Assembly: GCA_030141605.1 (NCBI GenBank)
Contig: JAQGDQ010000304.1
Span: forward strand, 186,001 to 250,000
Direction of reading: 5' to 3'
DNA length: 64,000 nucleotides
Origin: Tubiluchus corallicola
Lineage: Eukaryota; Animalia; Priapulida
Positions 50,301 to 63,100 of this stretch are shown here, one piece after another (positions within the stretch are counted from its first letter, which is position 1; the number at the start of each line of letters is the position of its first letter). The translations under genes were made by a program, and so were the position numbers. A model generated the notes under the pieces. That model was given only the letters and a program-made list of their open reading frames with translations. It had not been told where the DNA came from and made no database searches.

Positions 50301-52522
50301 ATAACAAAGTACACAGTGGAACATAGACTATCCCAATTTAACTGTATGATTAAAGTGACATCATAGTCTATCTTTAATTAATTAAATTAACCAATACTGG
50401 TTAAATATTTAGTTAAATTTTCTGTAAACTACATTCAGAAATCAAACACTATTTTAATTATGTGCCCACCTAAAAGCCTAATTTTACACGCAACAAAGTA
50501 AAAACAATAGCCAATAATTAGAAAATTAATAACTTGAACAGGTATAGTTCATATGATAAAAGTGCAATTCGATATATGTTCTAAAACAAAAGAGGCACAT
50601 TTCATATTCAAACAGTTGCGTTATGTTAATACAACAAAAACACTGGATGTACCATGCAAGAATGGTGAGAATAAAATAATAATAATTATAATAATAAAAT
50701 AATAATACCTTCTTTTGACATTCCTTGAGCAAAGCACTTCTGTAAGCGACAGTACTGGCACCGGTTTCTTGTTACTTTGTTTATAACACAATTCTTGTCT
50801 CTGTGACACATGTATTGCATGTTCTTTTGAACACTTCTCCGAAAAAATCCCTGCAAGTAATACATAGTATTCTGATTATTAGAAGTTATTTAGTACTGCT
50901 AGACCTATTAGCACATACACATTGGAAAGTTATGAAAGTTACATATTTTGACTCATACATTGAGAAACCATTAAAAGTTGGATGAATTAGTTGTCGGTGA
51001 ATAGTGGGTAACAAATAAAAGAAATATCCACTATTTTGAACATTTAATTTTGCAAGCAGCCTGGCTGCAGCACACCATCATTGGCTGCAGCACAGGCCTT
51101 ATAGATATCACCTCTAAATTGACTATTTTAATAGTGGCTTAAAATTTCGAGAGTTAAGGTATAATATCTGAGCAATTCTTGAAAAGTTTGAAATGTGAGC
51201 CAGTGAAAAAACCATACTTGTTCATAAAGGGTGCAAAACAAGATATTTCAGTTTGAATGTGTTGATGATGCACTAACCTTACATCCCTCACAGGCACTGA
51301 CACCATAATGATATCCAGAAGACTTGTCGTTGCACACGACGCATGGCTTGTACACACGAGGTGGCGGTGGCGGTGAAGCCGGAGGGCTGGATTCTGATCT
51401 TTGCTCATCACTGAAGCTGAATGTCTGGCTCGGTTCTGGAGATCCTAGACCATCAGCTGGAACATTTAAAGATAAATATTCATTTGGAAATATATGTAGG
51501 GAAAAGTACCATTTTGAAAGCACTTTACATCACAAATAAGTATGAAAAAAATCAAATTGATTATAATTATAGGAAACAGTTATTGTGTGGTGGGTTTGAG
51601 AAAAAACTTCAGAGCAGGCCTTGTAGATATCAACCGTAATTTGGCTATTTTAATAGCGGCTCAATGTTGAGAGTTACAGTACAATATTTGAGCAATTCTT
51701 GAAAAGTATGTAATGTAGGTCAGTGGAAAACCATACTAAACCGTTTACTGAATTTACTTAATCAAATAATGGAGTGCATCTATCCCTACATATGCCAGAA
51801 TAAATTATTATTGTAACATGTACAGCTACATGTGGCAAAGTCTGAAATTATGTAGATGTTACAATGCAGAACCAGAGAAACAGTCTTGGATGGGTCATGG
51901 TTTAAATCACTAATATTATAGGAACACTACACAAGATTCTTCCAAATGCCTTAAAAGAATACAAATTTAAAATGTACACGAAATTTTATACAATTCTACT
52001 TTACTCGTAATTTGAGAAACGAGTTCTTTAACTACCTAGTCCACCAGCAGCAGAGCTTCCAGAAGATCCAGGACCTCCATTATGCTCATAGAGCAATTCA
52101 AACTCATGATCAGTTGGAAGCGATCCTAAAAATGGAATATTAAACTTCTGTAGGTGAAATTGGGAATGATATTAATAACAACTACAAGTTGGCAGCTTTA
52201 CATTAATGTATCCCAATAAGCTTGAAAAGGGAAACATTTGAAGACTATTCAATGAATATAATTTAATGTTGAACTAACAACACATATGATATTAACAGAG
52301 GATTAGTGTAATACAACAGTTGAACTTAATGTAAAGAAATATTGATCATTAACTCAATCAGGAGTTCGTGGTTTAACACAAAAACGTGCATGTAGACAGT
52401 AAGTAATGGATGTAAATGTATGATATCATACCAATGCCGCCATACAGGTCCATGGGTGAACCTGGATAAGTGTCAGCTACATGATGCACAGTACCAAGAT
52501 GACTAGAAGACAGTAAGCTCAT
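44390..52522 (-). CDS. RAR: Retinoic acid receptor (NR1B), 10 coding exons, ~447 aa
   Basis: Exons 52522-52432, 52125-52036, 51456-51278, 50850-50709, 49492-49320, 48867-48667, 48005-47875, 46459-46389, 45200-45042 and 44496-44390 total 1344 nt in frame. RAR-diagnostic motifs: [112 protein letters not shown]. The first two exons are less certain. Confidence 0.95.
51093..51737 (+). repeat. ~125 bp direct repeat pair (51093-51218 and 51615-51737) flanking the RAR first zinc-finger exon
   Basis: Shared sequence CAGGCCTT.TAGATATCA...CTATTTTAATAG.GGCT...GAGCAATTCTTGAAAAGT.TG...AAAACCATACT. Confidence 0.85.
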
Positions 52523-52759
52523 CAACGATCTTTTGGCTCACCTGGTACTTGTAGATGTTTTACCTGAAAAATACAGCAAAAATTGGATGAAAACAATAAT
52601 AAAAGTAACTGCCAACAGAGGACTTTGGACTGCTTAACAACACCTATAGAAACACTAGTAACAACAAATTAATGATCAGAAACAGATGTACTAACAATGG
52701 GCTTAAAAGCGACGATAAAGTTTTTAGGATCTTCAATTTTAAAAAGTAGACAAAATAAG

Positions 52760-53330
52760 TAGAGCCCAGAGCGCGCCATTTCAGCTGACCTCCAGCCGGT
52801 TTATTTCTACAGTTGATCTAGCTGATAAGAAACTCATCTTTAGTCGCGCCAGCGATGGGAGGCGAGTTAGCCAACATTTTTGCCAGCTAAACTTTAGTAA
52901 TTTTTGAACGAGAAAGCTGGTCAATTCAAAATATACACAAACAGGCAACGTTAGTCACACGTATGGGATCATTTTGGTGTTTTGGAATTGATTCATCTGT
53001 AATAAAGATAAGCTTCGCCAAGAGTTGCATTTAAGCCATTGCTTTTTCATAATAATAAAAACTCGATCTTTAATGCCTTATTTGAATTTGTACATCAGCT
53101 TTTTTCTGTGTATAAGCAACACAAGTTATTTAAAAAATTTGTTTCGATAATTTAACAGTCAACAAACAATTTATCTTTTATTTACTTAACAAAAATTAGT
53201 AGCTTTAGCTGACTTAGCTGATCTTTTCTTTAAGCCAACTCAGCTGAAAAGTCAGTCAACCTCAGCAGAACTAGCTGATTATTTATTGTGTGTGTCAGGT
53301 GATGTTAACTGGATTCAGCTTCAGCCTCTA
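52760..53330. mobile_element. hAT-like MITE in RAR 5' intron
   Basis: Ends TAGAG...CTCTA; flanking 8-mers AAAATAAG and AAAATATG (7/8, TSD-like); subterminal TCAGCT/AGCTGA repeats. Confidence 0.6.
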
Positions 53331-53552
53331 AAAATATGACATTTTGTTTTATTTTATAGTGTTTTGAAGCTTTTGCAAAGTATGATTGTACGTGTAAAAA
53401 GTGTTATGCAGAAACCAATCAGTGTGCATGTTCCAGTTAACTCTTGGGAATGATCGTGCTCATGTGTAACGTGGTTGCGTGATCACCAACTTAATAAAGA
53501 CAATAACTTAAAAACTGAAAAAGAAAATTATACAAAACAGAGCAAAAATTAC

Positions 53553-53631
53553 CTTTATTTTCGTAAACCATTGAACGTTTTGTAAGAAAGTGTTGGATTG
53601 TTTATACTCCACTTCTTGTAGCTTAAGACAT
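53553..53631 (-). other. Probable 5'-UTR exon of RAR
   Basis: On the minus strand, a pyrimidine-rich acceptor (ttgtcttacag) and an AAAG|gtaatt donor flank ~80 nt. This lies upstream of the acceptor (~52563) of the ATG-bearing exon. Confidence 0.4.
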
Positions 53632-54399
53632 CTGTAAGACAATAAAAGTACAACAGTTAGCCATTTTTCAACATATCACGTACTACTTTACAACGTTATA
53701 CTGCAGAATGCGGAAACCTTTAATGGTAAAAAAATATAAGAAAAAATTGAGTTTCAACTATGTGTTTTTCTCTAGAACAGGGTTTTCATATGAAAGGTGC
53801 TGAACTAGGTAAAATTTAAAGTTTGAGCTAGCAAACTCGCTAGTATTACTTGGCCGTAATATAGTGAAAAATACGAACGTGTAAATAGTCCCTGGCTAAA
53901 GTATGCACACATCAGCATAAACTTTGTGGTAAGATACTAAAGAATAAATAACACTAAGTTTACCACTAGCTACAATCTATGTTTGCAGCCTTTAGTAAGA
54001 AATACGACACATGGCATTACAAACACAAAATGTTTACGTCACCAAGATTATCATACTGTTGACAATTTCAACAAAGTTGCATCTAGAATTACATGGCAGC
54101 CTCGGGAAAGATTGTTAGTACAACCGGAATTATACTTGTCAGTTGTTTGGCTATATCACTTTGGACATTATTGCACAAGCGTGTACAGGACTTTGAACGC
54201 TATGATAATCGTCAGCACTTGGTTAGGCGTTTCGAAGTCACAAACAACGCGTTTGTTCAAAAATAGATAAAATGTAAGATTGCAAATGGTTTGTACTGGC
54301 TAATCGTAACTTAACAAAAGACTGCATAAATAAACAAGGAAATGGAAAAGGACATAGTGCATAAAACCAAGGAAAACAAACAATGTATGTATAAGAAAT

Positions 54400-54427
54400 G
54401 AGAGAAGGAGAGAGAAAGAGAGACAGG

Positions 54428-54503
<76 letters not shown>

Positions 54504-54602
54504 AGCGAGGGAGAGAGAGACAGAGAAAGAGAAAGAGAGAGAGGAGGGAGGGACAGAAAGAGAGAGAGAGAGGGAGGAAGAAAGAGAGGGGGGGAGAGAA
54601 GG
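54400..54602. repeat. (GA)n microsatellite / polypurine tract
   Basis: About 200 nt of almost pure A/G, with a perfect (AG)n core at ~54437-54500. Confidence 0.97.
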
Positions 54603-55787
54603 CCGAGGCACCGCCGTATGTTGTGAGACTAATGCTCTATTTCACTGTTCCTATTCAACTAACAGTTAGTGTCTATTTGCACTATAAGAGGCGTGATTTC
54701 GTGGAAAATAAGCGCCTGAGTACCAGCAACTTCCAATGTTGGCTGCTGGTTAAATATTGCTTGAGGAAGATGTATTCGACACAGTGACATTTCAACTGAT
54801 ACTGACGCACAACCCGAGACGCTGATGCTGTCACGCCGAATATCGATTTTGATTTTGCGTCTAATATCTAGCAGCGTTGCCTTCAACCAGCAAGCTACAT
54901 GCCAAAATTGGGTCAAGGATATTTTACAGGATTATTTTTGCTAAGCGGGCGTGAGTTAACTCGTTCTACCCTGGAAGAAGCGAAAAAAAGAAATTGCGCT
55001 GCTGTAAACAGACATCCACGTCTTGAGAGCAATTTTATGATATCATATGTACAAATTTGGTCGTTGAAAACGCAAACACACTTAATGGAAACAAAATAAC
55101 AAAGAAAATTCAGTCTCAACACTACTAGTAGCAAAATACTAAGCAAATACTAAACAAAATTTAGTTGCAACAACTTGAACAAACATTACAAGTGACACGT
55201 GTCAAAAATAAAGGAATTTAGACACAGTTATTATGTACAAAACATACAGGCTACGCATCAGAAAATAGTTACAATCAGTACTATATTTTTAGGGTCCACA
55301 CCACACTGAAATGTGCCTTTTGGACTATGAACCAAAACTATTGACATTAGAAGTGTGACACATTTAATGCAAAGATCTTATCTGCAGTTACTTTAACGAG
55401 TCACCATTTACCTTTTAGTAACTTAGCTGGTACGAAACGGTAAATCATTGAAATCCTATGCGCATTTCCGGCAGATGCACAACCAAACATCCAACGGTCA
55501 AAGTTAAGGTCAAGCACGTCACAGTGACCCTTCCCAACTTGCCAAATTTCATTTGATTAGTTTGGCCTAAACGAACCTTTCAGACTTAAAAATACAAAAA
55601 AGGCGACGTACACTGACATTGTTATTAGATACCTGCCTAATTTGTTTAATGTTGTCTTACTGGTGATGGCCACATAACGTGCGTGTCCAAATTCAGCTAA
55701 TTAAAGACCCAACCATCTTCAAAGTCGAAGCCAAGGCCAAGTGTGCATGATGACCTTTCGTGTCACAAGTACTATCCATACACTAAG

Positions 55788-56166
55788 TATGGATAGTGTT
55801 CAGGATCGGGGTTGTATGATCCCAACCGCCAATCCCGAACTTTCTTCAAATCCGGAACCCCTGTCCAAATATGTAGTCCCAAGCCCCGTTCTCGAACTTC
55901 TCATCCCGTCCGATCCTGATCTTGACCCCAAAATTTAAATGAACACTGTTCACTTTAGGTTTTAACGCATACGAAGAAAAATGAGACATTTATGAAGTTA
56001 TTTATTTATTTATCGCTTAAATTTTGTGATAACGTGTTTTAATTGAGATTTTATTAACCATGGCTGCATCACGTGACTGGGGTTCGGCTATTGTTAGCTG
56101 ACCCCGATTCCAAACCGGCGATCCCGACCCGAACTTCGATCCCGTCTAGAGACTTGAACACTCCTA
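55788..56166. mobile_element. Degenerate hAT-like MITE
   Basis: Imperfect TIRs (..AGTGTTCAGG and CTTGAACACTCCTA); flanks ACACTAAG and CTACTAAG; subterminal GATCCCG/TCCCGA repeats at both ends. Confidence 0.5.
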
Positions 56167-59100
56167 CTACTAAGTTTGATTAGTTTGGCTTCATTGACCT
56201 TGACCCATAATGCACAAAGTGGCTTAACTTAACACCATACTGCCCATCAGTCTTCAAGGTCAAGCAAGTCAAAGTGCCCTTCTCCTACCTGTTTTGGGCA
56301 CGTGCCAAATTCGATACTGCTGACATGGAAGTCTCTGGAGAGGGATGCAAAATGTTTTGACAGATACACAGTGACATATAAGACTCCACTAAATATTAAG
56401 ACCAAAATGAAGGTCAAGAGTCCCGCTCTGATAGTGACCCATCACCTGCATGTCATTACTGTCCACATACCACATATAATAAATGAAAAGTCATCCAAGA
56501 TACCAAATGACGAAACGTAGTTCGTACTAAAAATTTGATCATTATTTTGGCATCCAAGAACATTCCATTTTACTAAAAATAAGCCTATTGCTAGATTATA
56601 TAAACCACTGACTGTAACAACCTACCAGCCTTGTATGTGTGAACATGGCCCAAGTTATAACGTGAAGAGTTCAACGGCATTAATGGGTAAAGCATTTTTA
56701 TTAAACTAATATATATATGTATATACATAACATATGCATCTAGAGTGTTAAATTGACTTACGAATAAATATACATTGATCGATAGGCTGTTAGAATTGAC
56801 CACGTGATATTTACAAACAGAAATTATACACATGAAGCTTTATGAATTGATCCGAGTCATTATCAAAATATCCATGCTTTCCTAAAATATGCGATAAAAT
56901 GTTCCTAAGATGTCTGCATACATTGCAAGCAATTAGCCACAAAATATCATTAGCATTTACCAAAGAGACTTTTTGCTCTGTGCAACAGTAAAAATACCCA
57001 ATGCATGCCATTGCTGGTGAAATTCGAGGTCTGTATCATGCTGGCAAGTGTAAACCAGGTGGATCGCCGCAATTTCCACTACCTGGCAAATTTGTCCAAC
57101 TAAACTGTGACTAAAGGTCGTGCAGGTCTTTTAAAAAGAATGTAGTTATATAGTCTTGTGACGTATTAAGTTAAAGCTTACTACAGACTAAAGCTGCTGG
57201 TGACTTATAGAGGAGGTAGCGGATATTATCTGAAAGTTAATTAATGCAATTTATCAATCAATAGCTAATATTTTACCTGTAAAGTAAAAGGCAGTGCAGA
57301 ACCGGAAAAAGACATCTGACGCCAATTACTGTAATAGTCTGAGAATGTATTTCAAGTCCAAATTTTGGCTTACGTAGCACGTTCGCCTAACGGACAAGTA
57401 CAAACCTGGGCGTGTCGTCGAATACACGAAATTAAAGCATCGTGTAAGACTACTTTGCAGGTATTATTTTCAGTCAGATCTAATGTGCTTTTAAGTTTTA
57501 GGCTCTTAAGCCTCTGGGGTGCTTAAAAACTAATTCACAACAATATAAATAATCTTAAATAATTTTTTGTTCATTCCCACACACTTGCATGCTACCCACA
57601 ACGTGAACTACGTATTATTTTCATGCCGCTCTTTATACACATTGGGGTACCGCCAAGAGTCTACAGCATTTGCTTACACCCGGAAGCCATAAGAGCTCAT
57701 TTTCACGTAAACTTGCGTAACTATTAAATGCTGTACATGACTCACGCTTGATAATGCAAATTAATTAACATTGCCTGTGCATAAAATCAATTTTGTTTCT
57801 AACGCTGCACTCGGTCGACTAATCCTAGAACTACTTTAACAAGATTTGTTTGTAAGGATACCGCCACTCTTCTTTGAAACATGTTAATGGTTAATTAAAT
57901 ATTTTTTATACACTCGAGTTTATTTCAAGTTTATTCATCAATGACGAAATTGAAACAAGACTTGTTAGAAGGAAAGGAAGTGTGAAAGAGTCGACAAATA
58001 GCCTGGATTTGAACCAGACATTTTTGGATTTTTATAACTCATAAACCAATTTAAAAATGGGTTAACTTTATCTTTATTTTAATTGGTATATATACATTTT
58101 TATTCTCTTGACAATTAATAATACTTTAAGCGGACAAAACAGCTCAAATACAGAAGCGCGTATGTTAAGAAAACTAAGGTTAAAAACCACATACAACAAC
58201 ATGCCATAATTCTATTCGGTACAATAAGAATGTAAATCTCTCGAAGATAGTCTAGAGCACTGAAACAATAAAATCTTCAGAGAACAAGTACATGTATATA
58301 TAGCATATTTTTACTTTATTTCATATGTGGCTCTATATGCCGCCCTAAGCTTACCTACACTGAAGATTGTTTATTGGCAAAAACTGGTGACCTTTCGCTA
58401 TCACCATCATAATATACTATTCTCCTGTGGTGGCTAATTATTTGTATCGGATATTGCGCTAGACATGCAATCCTATACAAACCTAACGCGCAAGTGAGTA
58501 AATATTCAGCTAAGCATAGCAGCAGAGTGAATGGCATTTATATGAACCAGACAGTCTGACTAGTATAGACGTCTCAGAGTGAATGTAACTAGGGCGATGT
58601 ACTCGCTCGGTCACCTGTGGCCGCACTGCCGGTTAGCCGTTTTCCGACACGGGCAGATATCGATCCGACCATACTGAAGCCAGACCTATTTATCTAGAAC
58701 TATTATAATAGGAGAAAGCGAATGCTAATTCTCAGTTACTAGGCCTCCAGCAACAACCATCGGCATTAAAACTACTTCATATTTCTACCACGCATACCAC
58801 TCACATGAAATCTTTTTTGCTTTTTCAAAAAAGTACGAATTTTGAGCAATTACTGTAACCATTTCTTAAATAATTTCTTTTTAACTGGACAATTCGTTAT
58901 CAAAACCGGACAATTCAGCAATTCTGAAAAAAATATGCCAAATATTAAAGCAAATATTACAGCCACATGTGGCAATAAGGATATTCGCACCATTCTCACA
59001 AGTTATTAATACGTTCACAATAAAAGATTAGGACATTTAACAAGCCCACGTAGCCCTTATGCCCAACTTCTTTTAGTTCAGTGTCCAGACCAGAATCCAT

Positions 59101-59892
59101 ATGTATATACTCAACACATTTTCGCAACTTTGTAGGAAAGCCTGTTACAATATAGGAAAACGATTATTAGAACTTGTGAACAACAAACATCTACTAGCTA
59201 TTGTCAACTCCGTACGAATCATATAATGATACAATCTTATTTTAAGATGTGGAATAACAGTCTGTTTGTAACTAATAATCGTCGAACGAGATAGCTGCGA
59301 ATGCTTATTTACTGAACGTGTAATATGTATAGTAGTATTTTAAATGTACCCTTTAATGTAGTATTTCACTGCAGTGTGATAAAATGGTTTACGTTTTTTG
59401 TATGGCTTTTATGCCATGATAAACTAATGTAATCTAATCTCAACAAAGAAAAATTTGAATCTTTTTAGAGTGTCTTTAATACTTTAAAAAGGTTTTTACT
59501 TTCTTCAAAACGTTTTATTGCAAACACAAATAAAGAAATACATTCCCAGCAAGAAATACATTTTAGGTACACCATTATTGAAAAAAATTTCAAGAATAAC
59601 TTTTGTGATTGCGAAAACTTTTTTCAAGCGTTATTTGGAAACTATACTGATAATTAATATATTTTAATATTACAATACATGCCTTCCAAATGGAATTTGT
59701 ATATTCCAGGTTTTTTATGGTCCAAAAATAGACCTATGGCAGCCGTAGGACATGCACAAGTCTTTAGAGCAAGAAGGAAAGAACAAGAAAATTGCTATCT
59801 CATGTAAAATAAAATTCCAAGATCAAAATATTAGCGGTCAAAAACAAACAGTGAAGTCAGGATCTTCCAGAAATGAGATGTAAGATGACCAC

Positions 59893-60149
59893 TATATACA
59901 TATATATATATATATATATGATAGTAAATACTAAATATCATTCAGCGCACTAACATTACTCAGATAATTCGTACTTTACAAGGTATTATGCAGACTTTAT
60001 TAGGAGAGAGATTTAAACGCGTCACAGATTGAGATAAAATAAACAAGAACAATGAGTTTTATCAAATCATGTATCCTGCAAATATATATATATATATATA
60101 TATATAAAATTGTATATGTGCACTTGTATATATATATATATATATATAT
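59893..60149. repeat. Three short (TA)n microsatellites
   Basis: (TA)n runs at ~59893-59918, ~60082-60106 and ~60128-60150. Confidence 0.85.
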
Positions 60150-63100
60150 AAAATCTCCAGCTACTTGCGACTGCGCAATAATAGATTATTACTTACAAAT
60201 GCACAATGTGTACCTGCTTAACAAAAAATCTAACTGTTTGTGGTATGCTAATGAAATGCTTCACAAAACCTCTAACGCAGTGAGCAGGAACTGAGAACTG
60301 CCATCACTACCTCAATGATGATCTCGGAGAAACCAGTAGTGTGGTTATTAGACAAATCTGATCAGTTCCAAACGTTATACACACACAGAAGTGGAAAGGA
60401 ATGTTAAAAAAGTAATTTCATTTCAGCATTTAACATTAAAAGCAGCTGTTTAACGATTTCAGAAATTCAGGTTACAAGCGAGACGCGAATCCGTATATTT
60501 ATAATTGAAATCAAAATTTCCATTCAACAACAGACAGTGTTTTACTGGTATGATGCACGTGGTATCGTACACAGATTGGCAGCCAGGGCTTAGAATATTA
60601 GTAGTTAGAATGTAAAGTTTGTGAAGGTCAAGAGGAATGCAGGAAATATGTGATGTAACGCGATGCAGTTGTAAACATGCTGGGAGGTAAAAAATTGTTT
60701 ATGAGTAACGAAGGTATATTGCATTAAGGTATTTAATAAAAGTTAAACAAAAGCTCGAGACTATTTAGAAAGACAGGTGCGCAAGCAAGCAACACTCAAT
60801 TAATGAAAATTATATACAAAAAACACGAATTCTCTATTATCCAATTTGAAAGCACTTCTCTATTGTTAGTTTCTTATGCTATCGACTGAGTGCCCTTGTT
60901 AAATGAAAGTGTAGCTGCGTAAAATTCCATGTTCCATTCCATATGTGGAATAGAACTACAATGGAATGTTTCATTCAGTAAGTGAATGAGTCAATGAATT
61001 AATGTTGTTACTTAAATATGTAGTTACGAAGCGTAGGCTAGGAGAGGAAAAGTTAAATATTATTAAGTTTGTGGAAGCATTTAATTACAAAATCGGTAGT
61101 TCTGCACGCTAGTCCCTTTTGTTTCAGCAGGACAGGTTTCACATTAAGACGAGAATGTCTTTGGAAAAGCTGAATGAAGTTAGCATTCCTTAAGGTCCCA
61201 TCAGTTACGTTCCACAAACGAATTTGAACGTCTACTGTATCTCTCTTGTTCATATTTTTAGACGTTGTTACGAACATGAAAAAATACTTTATTATTTATT
61301 ATTTTTATTATTTTCATTAGGCATATACTGCAGGAAACATGTGCATATGCCAAATATGCAAGAACATGTAGAAGATTTACGCCCTCACTCACTAACTAGT
61401 AAGGCCTATGGGACAAATAGCTGAAAGGTCGTAAATTGCATTCGCCAGATCATGCCCAAGCCAGACCACTAATGTAGAATCATCAGAAATCACTGACATT
61501 CAAAATCACGCATTCACGCTAACAGGAAGTTTTGAGCTGTTACAAGTAAAAAAATCAGTTATTGGTTATTCAGCAATCAGGATTAACCCTACGTTATTCA
61601 AATATCAAATGTGCATTGACACGCACAGTGGCGTACGTGCTTTCATTGTTCAATTACAACTTTATATCAATTTAATGTACTGTTATGCGCACACTATAAA
61701 ATGCTGCCATAAATCATTTGCAACCAAGGCGTGGCTCAGCCCATTCTTTACTAATGGAAAATAAACTCGATAAAACGTGGCCAAAATAAAGAAAGTTCTG
61801 TGTTGGCACACTCTGTTAGTTATTAATTAGAAAGCGTCCGAGACGCCCACATTGCACAGAGCGAGAGAGTTCAATAACCGGTAGTAGTTTACTAGGTCAT
61901 CTACAGCTCTAGCGACGACGTTGTGCTAGGCAGTAAAACTACCTGTAACCACTATGTCTGGTACAGCTAATTATGCCAAAACTGGAAAGTGTTGTGTATT
62001 TTAGCCTGCGGACAAAAGATGCGCAACATTTTTTTCTTACTTTCCCAAACTTCCCAACTTTAGTTAAATACCATAAACTTGCCAAGTGGAAACAAAACAA
62101 CGTGTACGGCCTGTAGTCTATTGTGAGTGAAAGATCATTCTTGGGCGTAGCAACTTTTTCACAAGTTTATTTGCTCCAAATATTTTACGAAAAAATGTTA
62201 ACAGTGGGTTCAATCAACGACGAAAAAATAGTTTTTGTGGCTCGAAACTGAATAATAAATTTCAGAAAATATGTTAAGCTCGAGCATTGTAACATTAAAA
62301 TTCAACTACACTTTTATAAAACCGCGATCTGCATTTCACCCATAAATTTTTACTATTCAAAAACTTCAAAGTTAAGCCTAAAAATTCACTATTTACAATA
62401 AATAGTATGTTAGCCGGCAGTAGATGAAAAATTTACTAATGTTGCACAAAACATGTCAAATGTCAAATTTATAACCGTAAACTGCAATTCAAAGATATGA
62501 CAGTGCTACCACATACGGTCAACACAAAACCATAAAATAGTAAACTGACGGATATTGCAGATTTACAACAACGCACTATCTCCCTCAACTTGACTGAGCT
62601 TTATCAAAATTATTCTGATATGAATAATTATATTATTGAAATTGGTTGTAGCAGCAGCAGTTATATTATATCAGAAAGCTAAAATTAAAAACTGTGTACT
62701 GTGTTGTTTGTCTTTTATGACTGTTGGGTATTACCGCTCATCAAAACTTTGTTGAGCACACTAAATGTAAAATCTGTGTTAATGAAAAATAATGGAAACT
62801 CTCCACGGAAGCATAGTAAACTCTAAACACTACAAAGCGCACGTTTTCAAGCCTTTTCTAATGGTTTTAAGATGTGTATTACGAAACCTTTAAAACTCAA
62901 CATGAAAGGGAAATGTTCACTTTCAACATAAAATGTTATCAACATTGCATAATCTCATTTACAAAAAACCTTGCCAAGTCATAGAGAAAGTCCATGACAG
63001 CAGCGCAAGACTGTGCGCGCAAAATATGTAGCATAAGCAAATTAAAACTGCATAAAGTGAGAAATGACATGCTAATATGTTTTGCAAATGGCCAAATCAT

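Noticed and set aside
54300-54787. ER-rich and SL-rich ORFs
   Set aside because: Translations of the (GA)n tract.
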